A stretch of DNA of 32,000 nucleotides from Promethearchaeota archaeon. GTDB taxonomy: Archaea > Asgardarchaeota > Lokiarchaeia > Sigyniarchaeales > Promethearchaeaceae. Positions 8,202-16,881 of the stretch are shown piece by piece. The stretch's first letter is position 1; the number at the start of each line of letters is the position of its first letter. The notes under the pieces were generated by a model, which saw only the letters and a program-made list of their open reading frames with translations, did not search any database and was not told the origin of the DNA. The position numbers were made by a program, and so were the translations under genes. Where the stretch lies: the NCBI GenBank assembly GCA_016933055.1, contig JAFGBS010000009.1, forward strand, positions 420,001 through 452,000. The letters are read 5' to 3'.

Positions 8202-9161
8202 TTAATAGCGAGTTTTTAATTTCTGGAAATCCTCCTTTATCTGTGTGGTAAAATCATTCCATTCTTTCATTAAGAGATTCATACCATTAATACTCTTCCC
8301 GCGTTCCTTATATTCTACATATCGCATCAATTCTGATAATTGTCTAAAATCATTATCCATGGGTAAAATCAAACGTTCCATATCTTTTCGTTGACTTTCG
8401 ATAACCGATTCAATACGTGAAATTTCTCCCTTCTTAACCAATGTCTTGATATAGGCTTCAGTTCCTGTATAAATCTCTGTTACTTTTGCCTTTTGTTGTT
8501 CCATATTTTCTTTTGTGAATTGTACAAGATCACCAGTTGGTAATAATCGTGTTACATCTCCCACAAAGTTTTTCGCCTCTTCAATAAATTCTGGAGTAAT
8601 TGAGACATCTTGTATCTCAAAATCCACCTCTACATATGAAGCTTGAGTCCCTTTACTCGGATCTTTTAATCGAAATATTTTAAATCCGACGTCATTTTTT
8701 AGAGGGATTTCAGGATCTCCTTTTCGCAGTGCAATTTCTACCTGACGAAGTAAGCGTACATGATTGAACACTATCCCAAAAGCATACGGATTATTAGTCT
8801 GAAAGCCTAATTGATTACGGATATCATCGGAACTGAACATTACTTTTATTCCTGGATGGGAATGAAACCATCCTACAATGAATTGGGGCGGATCCCGGGT
8901 ATAAGCATCTTCTTCGATCAGTGCAGCATCTACATAATCGGGATTATCATAACTCACTTTCAATAGGAATTGTTTTTGCATCGTATGAGTAATCGGATAA
9001 GCTTCGGTGATTATGATGTTCTTGTGCTTATCGATATATCCTATTAATATCCCATAAATCTCTCCCCATTCTTCCTCTGGGATGCGTGCATTTGCGAATC
9101 TAACACACGATGCTAGAATAAGACGGTAAATTGCGCGGTTTAAAATCACTTTTCCTGCCAT
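8202..9161 (-). CDS. JAB1/MPN/Mov34 (JAMM) metalloprotease, Rpn11/CSN5-like, with helical C-terminal extension
   Basis: EIYGILIG ... IVGWFHSHPGIKVMFSSDD gives a complete E...HxHx7Sx2D motif, then NQLGFQ and FKIFRL as in eukaryotic Rpn11/CSN5. Confidence 0.9.
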   Translation of the reverse strand: MAGKVILNRAIYRLILASCVRFANARIPEEEWGEIYGILIGYIDKHKNIIITEAYPITHTMQKQFLLKVSYDNPDYVDAALIEEDAYTRDPPQFIVGWFHSHPGIKVMFSSDDIRNQLGFQTNNPYAFGIVFNHVRLLRQVEIALRKGDPEIPLKNDVGFKIFRLKDPSKGTQASYVEVDFEIQDVSITPEFIEEAKNFVGDVTRLLPTGDLVQFTKENMEQQKAKVTEIYTGTEAYIKTLVKKGEISRIESVIESQRKDMERLILPMDNDFRQLSELMRYVEYKERGKSINGMNLLMKEWNDFTTQIKEDFQKLKTRY

Positions 9162-9322
9162 GGTTAATTGTCCACCAAAAATAATTGGAATCTTGTCGTA
9201 CTTTGCAAGAAAAATTATTTTTATTATCGTAAATAAAAATCGATCACTACTCGTTTAGGTATAGTTATATTATTATGTCTATAGTTGTATTAAATTCAAA
9301 ACTAAGTACATGGAGAGAAAAA

Positions 9323-9892
9323 ATGACTGATTTTGTAGCTTTATCAAGTCCTCTTGGTATCCCCGGATCCTCGTATATGGTTCAGTTAGGAAAGGTCGGG
9401 AATGTTTGGGCTGTTCGATTAGCCAAAGGAAATGACATATTAGACAGTAAAGCTTTTCACGAAAATACAGGTGATGATCCTCCGAATGCAAATTCTTTAG
9501 TAGCATGGGTGATCTCTACATTACCGATTCCCAATTTAAATCCCTATCAGATAGCAAAAAGCGTAGGGTTTATTCGTCAAGAAGCAATCCGAAGAAATGA
9601 GGATATGAAGAGAAAACCATCTGTGCCCATGAAAGAAGTCATGGAAGTCAAACTAACTGAAGCTCCCAAAGAGAATAAACCTGTTGCTTCACCTGGCTGG
9701 GTTAAAGAAGATGACGCAGCTGAACAGAAAAAACATGCACATAGAATTCTTCCTCAAATACCCACTGATGGAGCGGGTGGGGCACCTGCAAGTTCGGGAT
9801 CAAAAGTATCGGCAACATCCACCGGGCACCCAGTTTGTGGTCACTGTGGGACAGAATTTAGATATTGTCCCTATTGTGGAAAACCTTTGTAA
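9323..9892 (+). CDS. Hypothetical protein with C-terminal 4-Cys zinc ribbon
   Basis: CGHCG-x5-CPYCG at the C-terminus; ATG at 9323 preceded by GGAG; central low-complexity linker. Confidence 0.7.
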   Translation: MTDFVALSSPLGIPGSSYMVQLGKVGNVWAVRLAKGNDILDSKAFHENTGDDPPNANSLVAWVISTLPIPNLNPYQIAKSVGFIRQEAIRRNEDMKRKPSVPMKEVMEVKLTEAPKENKPVASPGWVKEDDAAEQKKHAHRILPQIPTDGAGGAPASSGSKVSATSTGHPVCGHCGTEFRYCPYCGKPL

Positions 9893-9939
9893 TTTTTTCG
9901 ATTTTCTTTTATTTTTGGATGCATTGGTTAAAATACAAG

Positions 9940-10917
9940 ATGGATCCTTCAAGTGAGTACTTTATAAGAAAGCTGCCCGAAATCGATCAAGAATTAATTT
10001 ATCAAATCCTCGAACTAAAAAAGGAGAAAAATGTACTAATCCTAGCACACAACTATCAATGCGAAGGAGTACAGCTTGTTGCAGATTTATTAGGAGATTC
10101 TTTAGGATTAGCAAAGAAAGTCATAAAAGCTACTCAAAACGATATTATTTTTGCGGGTGTGCGATTTATGGCAGAAACTGCAAAGGTATTAAATCCAAAC
10201 AAACGTATTCATTTTCCCGCTACTGGTTCTTTGTGTGATATGGCTGCTTATCTTAAAGCTGATATGATCCGAGAATATAAACTTAAGAATCCTGGAATTC
10301 CAGTCGTATTGTATATCAATTCCACAGCAGAATCAAAAACTCTGGCAGATATAGTATGCACAAGCTCTAATGCTGTAAATATTGTGAAATATATTCAACA
10401 ACAAACCAACGCCCCGAAAATTGCCTTTGGACCAGATAAAAATTTAGGAGCATATATCTGTAAAATGTCTGGTATTCCCATAGACATAATCCCACCGCAT
10501 GGAAATTGTTACGTACATGACAAATATACCATAAAAGACGTATCTAAAGCTAGAAAGCAACATCCTGAAGCTACCCTCCTTATACATCCTGAAGCTCCCT
10601 TAGAAGTACTTGATCTAGCAGATTATATAGGTTCAACAAGTATGATCATTCATTATCCGGTGGAACATCCTCAGATTACTTCATACATAATTGGAACGGA
10701 AATTGGAGTGACTGAACAGTTGCGTAGGAATCATCCTGAAAAAACATTTTCTCCTTTAAATGAAAATGCAATTTGCACAGCAATGAAGAGCATTACATTG
10801 AAATCTATTCTGGATTGCATAAAAAATATTGATTCAGATAAATTTATCGTTGAAATACAAGAAGATATTATGAAGAAATCACAAGATGCGATAAATAAAA
10901 TGATAGAAGTTAGGTAA
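9940..10917 (+). CDS. nadA: Quinolinate synthase
   Basis: LAHNYQ, ADLLGDS, FMAETAKVLNP, YINS, CTSSNA, PDKNLG, HPEA, GSTS, GTE, plus three Fe-S Cys (LCDMA, NCYVH, ICTAMK). ATG at 9940 preferred because the 9865 start overlaps the upstream gene. Confidence 0.95.
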   Translation: MDPSSEYFIRKLPEIDQELIYQILELKKEKNVLILAHNYQCEGVQLVADLLGDSLGLAKKVIKATQNDIIFAGVRFMAETAKVLNPNKRIHFPATGSLCDMAAYLKADMIREYKLKNPGIPVVLYINSTAESKTLADIVCTSSNAVNIVKYIQQQTNAPKIAFGPDKNLGAYICKMSGIPIDIIPPHGNCYVHDKYTIKDVSKARKQHPEATLLIHPEAPLEVLDLADYIGSTSMIIHYPVEHPQITSYIIGTEIGVTEQLRRNHPEKTFSPLNENAICTAMKSITLKSILDCIKNIDSDKFIVEIQEDIMKKSQDAINKMIEVR

Positions 10918-10920
10918 TTA

Positions 10921-12399
10921 TTAGTTTTTAAATTTCCATATAGTTTTTTCACCTAGATCATCAAGTTCTATTCCCATTTCAGTAAGCTTTTCCCGTATCT
11001 TATCAGATACATCAAACATTTTCTTCTTTCGAAGAGTGCTACGTATATCAATCAGCAATTCTATGAGTTGAGACATGATTTGTTCCTGTTCTTTTGTTGA
11101 AGGTTGATGAGATTTTGTAATAAAGTCATCCAAATCTTGATTATCACTCAATATCACCCCAAATATTTTCGAATAGTCATCAAGAAATTTTAGAAGTTCA
11201 GATTGAGTTCGTTTAGTAATGTCCTTGCGTTTTTCGATTATCCATGTATTAATTATTTTCATGATCTGATAAATCTCAGACACTGCCTTTGTTGTATTAA
11301 TATCATCATCCAGGGCTTTTTTGAAGTTGTTATAGGATTCTTTTACATTCTCAAAGAGCTCACTATCATTTACAGTGTCCAAAGTTTTTAGATGATAGAT
11401 AAACCCATAGAAATCTCTAATTTTTTCAAAATTTTGCTTTGCTTCTTCTAAACCTTCTACTGAATAATTTATCGGGGAGCGATAATTAACAGACGTCAAA
11501 TAAAACCTAATCACCATGCTATCATACAGTTTTAACACTTCGGATATGGTAGTGAAATTTTTCAACGATTTTGACATCTTTTCTCCTTTTAAATTCACAA
11601 ATCCATTATGTAACCAATAATTTGCCAGAGTTGTGCCTACTGCTGCAAGAGTTTGAGCAATTTCATTAGTGTGATGAGGGAATATCAGATCTTTACCACC
11701 CCCATGAATATCAATGAGATCACCCATGTATTTTCGAATCATACTACTACATTCAATATGCCATCCTGGTCTTCCTTCCCCCCAAGGAGCCTCCCATTTA
11801 GGTTCTCCGGGTTTCGATTTTTTCCAAAGAGCAAAATCTTTTTCTCCTTTCTTTTCATCTTCATATTCATTGAGCGCCATTGTGTCTTGATCATGAATCT
11901 CATCTTGTGAGGATTTTTTCGTGAATTTTCGGGGAAATATAGTTTCATATCCCTCTAATTTATCTACATAAAAATACACACTTCCATTGGACTCATAGGC
12001 ATACCCGTTTTTCATTATTAATTGAATAAACTCTATAATCTCTTGAATCGTTTCAGTGGCTCGTGGACTAATATCGCAAGGCAACACATTAAGTTCGTTC
12101 ATTGCGGCCTCATAAGCCGAGATTAATTCATCAGCTAATTCATATATTGTGATGTCCTGTTCATTTGCGGTTTTAATCATGTTGTCGTCCACATCTGTAT
12201 AATTCGATACATAAGTTACTTTATATTTCTTGAATAAGAAATAGCGACGTAAAACATCAAATGCTATGGCGGCGCGTGCGTGACCAATATGGGCTTGATC
12301 GTATACCGTGGGTCCACATACATAAATTGAGACCTTTCTTTTCGTTATCGGTTTAAAAATTTCCTTCTTTTTCAATAAATCATTGTATAATTTGAGCAT
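10921..12399 (-). CDS. cysS: Cysteine--tRNA ligase (class I)
   Basis: CGPTVYD, HIGH, DFALWK, GRPGWHIECS, DIHGGGKDLIFPHH, KMSKS. Confidence 0.98.
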   Translation of the reverse strand: MLKLYNDLLKKKEIFKPITKRKVSIYVCGPTVYDQAHIGHARAAIAFDVLRRYFLFKKYKVTYVSNYTDVDDNMIKTANEQDITIYELADELISAYEAAMNELNVLPCDISPRATETIQEIIEFIQLIMKNGYAYESNGSVYFYVDKLEGYETIFPRKFTKKSSQDEIHDQDTMALNEYEDEKKGEKDFALWKKSKPGEPKWEAPWGEGRPGWHIECSSMIRKYMGDLIDIHGGGKDLIFPHHTNEIAQTLAAVGTTLANYWLHNGFVNLKGEKMSKSLKNFTTISEVLKLYDSMVIRFYLTSVNYRSPINYSVEGLEEAKQNFEKIRDFYGFIYHLKTLDTVNDSELFENVKESYNNFKKALDDDINTTKAVSEIYQIMKIINTWIIEKRKDITKRTQSELLKFLDDYSKIFGVILSDNQDLDDFITKSHQPSTKEQEQIMSQLIELLIDIRSTLRKKKMFDVSDKIREKLTEMGIELDDLGEKTIWKFKN

Positions 12400-12569
12400 G
12401 TTCTTGTTTCCAAATTACATCTTCTACATTATTAGATCCCTAAACACCCAATATTTTTTAAAATAACTAAACCAGTTGGGGAGAAATGTAAAATTCGATT
12501 CTTTAAGGTTTTTTTGTGGAGCCTAACGATTGTATATTGAAAGTCATAAATAAAACCAATGGAAAAAAA

Positions 12570-14021
12570 ATGGCAAATCAAGAATACGCAATTTCAGCAA
12601 AACACTTCAACACCGAAGAAATTCTCAAAAAATTAGATAATCTTGTAAATATTCCGATGAGACCTTTGAAAAAAAATGCGATGCAAGAATATCTGAATTA
12701 CTATGAGAAAAAATGTGTAAAATCGAAAGAGTTAAATGAAAAAGCAAAAAAACTGATTCCTGGAGGAGTCCAGCATAATTTAGCATTTAATTATCCCTTC
12801 CCTTTGTGTATAGAGAAAACAAAAGATGCCTATTTATGGGATGTGGATGGCAATAGATATATTGACTTTCTTCAAGCAGGAGGTCCTACTCTATTAGGAA
12901 ACAACTATGCACCTTTACGAGAAAAAGTTTTTGAAGTTGTTACTGAATGTGGACCCGTAACTGGATTATTTCATGAATATGAATACAAATTGGCGGAGAT
13001 AATCAACCAATATATGCCTGCAGTGGAAATGTTTCGTTCATTGGGAACAGGTACTGAATCCAATATGGTTGCTATTCGATTAGCCCGTACATTTACCGGT
13101 AATAAGAAAATCATCAAAGTCGGGGGGGCTTATCATGGATGGAGCGATCAATTATTATTTGGTCTTCACGTCCCTGGAACTGGAAGCATGGAAGCGGTGG
13201 GAATCCCAAGAGGATGCCTGAAAGATACTCAAGAGTTTCATCCAAATGATATTGAAGCACTAGAAAAATTACTGAAGAAAAATAAAGAAAAAGGCGGTAC
13301 TGCTTGTGTCTTACTAGAACCTGTAGGTCCAGAAAGTGGTACACGTCCCATCTACAAGGATTTCAATAAACAAGTTCGAGAATTATGCACGCAATATGAC
13401 TCCTTATTAGTATTTGATGAAGTAGTCACGGGATTCCGCTTAGGTATGGGTGGAGGGCAAGGATATTTCAAAATAATACCAGATATAACTACTTTTGGTA
13501 AAATTGTGGCAGGCGGGTATCCTATGGCGGGTGGAATCGGTGGAAGGGCCGATATCATTAAATATCTGGCAGCAGGTGTAGAAACGGGGAAAAAACGTGC
13601 ATATTGCGGTGGAACTCTTTCTGCAAATCCATTATCATGTGCAGCTGGATATTGGGCTATTCGATATATAGCAGAAACTAAAGCATATTTGCAAGCAGGA
13701 AAAATGGGGGACCTTTTAACCAAGGGATTAAGTTCATTGATAGAACAATATAAATTACCCTATGTCGCCTATAACCAAGCCAGTCTTGTACATTTGGAGT
13801 CTTCAGGGGCTATGCTTGTTGATATCACACAACCTGGCGCATTAAAGCAAGCCTTTGAGCGAAAACAAATGATGGAAGAAATGGGTGCAGCATATACTGC
13901 AAATGGAATGATTACAATCGGGGGAAGCAGAATATATACCAATATGATGGATACTAAAGAAATTATCGAAACTGCCTTGGAAGGATTTGATTCTATCTTC
14001 CAAAATGTAAGAAAACGCTAA
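12570..14021 (+). CDS. Class III PLP-dependent aminotransferase (GSA-aminomutase-like, substrate uncertain)
   Basis: WDVDGNRYIDF, GTGTE, GAYHGWSD, FDEVVTGFR, DITTFGKIVAGG (PLP Lys), GTLSANP. The HemL-typical GGVNSPVR is replaced by GGVQHNLAF. Confidence 0.85.
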   Translation: MANQEYAISAKHFNTEEILKKLDNLVNIPMRPLKKNAMQEYLNYYEKKCVKSKELNEKAKKLIPGGVQHNLAFNYPFPLCIEKTKDAYLWDVDGNRYIDFLQAGGPTLLGNNYAPLREKVFEVVTECGPVTGLFHEYEYKLAEIINQYMPAVEMFRSLGTGTESNMVAIRLARTFTGNKKIIKVGGAYHGWSDQLLFGLHVPGTGSMEAVGIPRGCLKDTQEFHPNDIEALEKLLKKNKEKGGTACVLLEPVGPESGTRPIYKDFNKQVRELCTQYDSLLVFDEVVTGFRLGMGGGQGYFKIIPDITTFGKIVAGGYPMAGGIGGRADIIKYLAAGVETGKKRAYCGGTLSANPLSCAAGYWAIRYIAETKAYLQAGKMGDLLTKGLSSLIEQYKLPYVAYNQASLVHLESSGAMLVDITQPGALKQAFERKQMMEEMGAAYTANGMITIGGSRIYTNMMDTKEIIETALEGFDSIFQNVRKR

Positions 14022-16183
14022 TTCTCTTTTTTTAAAAATTTCTTCACTATTTCTATTTCATTTTTATCTAATCCATATAATTTAAACATTATTTGGTTTA
14101 ATTGCTCAAAACTCTGAGATATTTCCATTTTCCTGACTTTCTTCTCTCCTTTTATAATTTTTTTTACGCATTCTTGAATTGCAGAATGAATTTCCAAGCT
14201 GGGTCTAATCAAGGGAATAGCGATAATATTTTCAATAAGGATTCTTGGGAATACTTGCTTTTCACGAAAAATTGCTTGATAATAAAATTGAATAATATCA
14301 GAATTGAGTAATCCTACGATGAATTCATTAGAGATCGAGGGGCTTGTGGATATGAGATTATAAACCGTCTGAACGGTAACGTATTCTCCATATTCATCAA
14401 ATGCAGCCTTAATATGATCATCTAACTGTCGAACCATTACTTTTGGGTTGAAATAATATGCATTTTTCTTCTGAATAGAATTGAGTTGTATAAACTGATG
14501 TTCTTTTGTGATTTTGAATTTTTTAATATTCTCACCGAATAATATGGGTGTACATCTCGGTTTGGGCCTAGATAAGATTAAATTCGATTTTTTTCCAATT
14601 TCCTCTCCTCGATGTATTTTGATATAAGAGCCTAAAGGAACGGCATCTTGTTGTATTTTGCCAATAATATTCCGAATTTCTGGGGGAAGGCATAAAATTT
14701 TCGAATTTTCTAACCGGGAACAATAATTTTGAGAAATAGAAACACCTGACCCGGAATCCATAATAAAATGCTCTTCATCTGTGTATTGAACCATGTCAAA
14801 TGTGTCCTCTTGATTATTAGGGCTTTTTTTACTAAAATACAGAATGATATTGGATATAGATTTGCTGGGAAAAGCCCCTTGGATGTTTTCAATCTTTAAA
14901 ATTTTTGTTGATTTCAACAGCATTTTTCTGCTTTCAGTGAAACTACTTCTTCCTAAATAGGATTCTGGGATAATATAACCAAACAAGCCATCCTGATCGA
15001 GTAAATACCATGCGAGTTCAATAAAAATTGAATACAAGTCAAATTGATGTACGGCTGTTCTATATAATCTTCGTAGCAACTCTTTATATTCAAATGCGAG
15101 ATCCTTCGAGCTTACGTAGGGTGGATTTCCAAGAATTATGGAAAAACATGCAGGATCACTTGCTGCTAGGTGGGGAAAATATTTTACCAAGAATGAAGTT
15201 TTAGTTGAGATATTCGGGTCAATATTCCCGATTCTATCTAATTTTTCTTTTAGACTAAATGATTCGTTTTTCCAAATATCAGGATCTATGGGTATATATT
15301 GTAATGAATCTCCAACAATGATATTTTTTTCCAATATAGAAAAAATTTGGGGTGAAAGAGAGGTAAGGGAAAATTCTACTCCATATCGCATTAAAAACTT
15401 AAGTATTCTTAGCCATAAATTAATTCGTGCACAAATTATAGCCGTGTAATCGATATCAATTCCATAACACTGAGACAATGCAAAGCTTAGAATGGATTGA
15501 GTAATTTTACTGTTCTTGTCCGGATTGTTCCCATCGGGTTTGATATTTTGTTTTAAAACATTTGGATTCATATCATTTATGCATCTTTCACACAAATATT
15601 CAAATGATTTCGCTAAAAAAGAACCAGAACCGCATGCAGGATCCAATATGGTGAGAGTTTCTAGTCGTTCTAGCATATCTAAATTAGTAAAATCATCTTT
15701 CTTCTTGTTTTCTCCATCCCAATATGTGAAGATTTGAGAACAAATATGGTTAATTATCGATTTTGGAGTATAAACAACTCCTTTTTTAGATTTTCTTTTT
15801 TCTTGAATAAATTGACCTAAAAAATCATTGTCCAAGTCTGAAAGCATTTTTGTGGTGCTTGAAGAATATAATCGATCTATCAAATCCTTTATTTCATATT
15901 GAGAAATTTTCCCAACAACGATCATCTTATTGAATTTCAATCCATCTGTTAAATTTGATGGTACGGCGCAATAATCGTTTAGGATTATATCCAAATCCCG
16001 TTTGAAAGATCTATACTGAGTAATGTTCATTTTTTCAAGAAGGGCAGCTAAAAAACCATCGGGGATAGCGTTAATGGTCTCCAAAATACGAGTTATCACC
16101 ATCTTAATAAGGATGCCAAAGGGTATTTTTAAGCTGAGTAAAAATTTCGTGAATTCGCTTGGTTTTTGTAGTTCTACGCTCAC
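14018..16183 (-). CDS. N6-adenine DNA methyltransferase (Eco57I/TaqI-like, gamma-type order) with C-terminal target-recognition domain
   Basis: YTPKSII, motif I ILDPACGSGSFL, YGIDID, motif IV ILGNPPY, DLYSIFIE; TaqI-C-like tail (KVMVRQL...FIVGLLNS). Confidence 0.88.
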   Translation of the reverse strand: MSVELQKPSEFTKFLLSLKIPFGILIKMVITRILETINAIPDGFLAALLEKMNITQYRSFKRDLDIILNDYCAVPSNLTDGLKFNKMIVVGKISQYEIKDLIDRLYSSSTTKMLSDLDNDFLGQFIQEKRKSKKGVVYTPKSIINHICSQIFTYWDGENKKKDDFTNLDMLERLETLTILDPACGSGSFLAKSFEYLCERCINDMNPNVLKQNIKPDGNNPDKNSKITQSILSFALSQCYGIDIDYTAIICARINLWLRILKFLMRYGVEFSLTSLSPQIFSILEKNIIVGDSLQYIPIDPDIWKNESFSLKEKLDRIGNIDPNISTKTSFLVKYFPHLAASDPACFSIILGNPPYVSSKDLAFEYKELLRRLYRTAVHQFDLYSIFIELAWYLLDQDGLFGYIIPESYLGRSSFTESRKMLLKSTKILKIENIQGAFPSKSISNIILYFSKKSPNNQEDTFDMVQYTDEEHFIMDSGSGVSISQNYCSRLENSKILCLPPEIRNIIGKIQQDAVPLGSYIKIHRGEEIGKKSNLILSRPKPRCTPILFGENIKKFKITKEHQFIQLNSIQKKNAYYFNPKVMVRQLDDHIKAAFDEYGEYVTVQTVYNLISTSPSISNEFIVGLLNSDIIQFYYQAIFREKQVFPRILIENIIAIPLIRPSLEIHSAIQECVKKIIKGEKKVRKMEISQSFEQLNQIMFKLYGLDKNEIEIVKKFLKKEN

Positions 16184-16197
16184 ATGAGTCCCCCATT

Positions 16198-16211
16198 AGA
16201 TTAAATAATCT
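16198..16211. promoter_or_regulatory. Inverted repeat AGATTA-aa-TAATCT in the divergent MTase/lrp intergenic region, possible regulator binding site
   Basis: Perfect 6-2-6 palindrome, about 40 nt upstream of the lrp ATG. The AT-rich context weakens its significance. Confidence 0.3.
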
Positions 16212-16251
16212 TAATATAAGCTGAGAACAAATAAAATATAATTGATGAAAA

Positions 16252-16863
16252 ATGGCAAGTATGGATCAAACTAATTTTAATGAGAGATTAAAAATTGATG
16301 AAATTGATAAGGAAATTATCCAATTATTGCAAGAAAATCCAGATATGACTCATTCAGAAATTTCTGAGAAAGTTCATAAGAGCCAACCCGCTGTTGGTGC
16401 ACGTATCATAAAGTTACGCCGTAAAAACTTGCTAAATACACAAATTGGGGTGAATTTCAAAAAAGTAGACATTAAACTTGCCAAGGTAGAAATGTTTGTT
16501 AAAAATGTCGGTGAGATTCTTAAAAGCATAGAAAAATGTCCTTTCGTACTCCACGCATTCAAGATCACTGGGAATACCAATTTAATGGTATTAATTTCTG
16601 CTCCTGACATTCGGACTGTAGATAAAATGGTAGATAAGTGTTTTCGCACGCACCCCGATGTAATCACTGTTAATACAAGTTATGTGATTTCGTCTGTAAA
16701 AGATCTAATTTTACCCGTAAATTTTGACATTGAATTCTTTGATGAATATGGTGGATGTGGTCGAGATGGTTGTTTGATTCATAAAGGAGAAGAAAACACA
16801 TTAAAAAATTTAATTCGAGAAAGCCGGAAAAAAGCTATTGAAAAGAAATCTTCAAATAGTTGA
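16252..16863 (+). CDS. Lrp/AsnC family transcriptional regulator with C-terminal extension
   Basis: IDEIDKEIIQLLQENPDMTHSEISEKVHKSQPAVGARIIKL helix-turn-helix; RAM domain with KITGNTNLMV. Confidence 0.9.
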   Translation: MASMDQTNFNERLKIDEIDKEIIQLLQENPDMTHSEISEKVHKSQPAVGARIIKLRRKNLLNTQIGVNFKKVDIKLAKVEMFVKNVGEILKSIEKCPFVLHAFKITGNTNLMVLISAPDIRTVDKMVDKCFRTHPDVITVNTSYVISSVKDLILPVNFDIEFFDEYGGCGRDGCLIHKGEENTLKNLIRESRKKAIEKKSSNS

Positions 16864-16880
16864 AAAAAAATAAAAAAAGG
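16864..16880 (-). terminator. T-tract terminator for the gdh operon
   Basis: aaaaaaataaaaaaggg on + reads as a long U-tract on the minus strand directly after the second gdh stop. Confidence 0.5.
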
Positions 16881-16881
16881 A

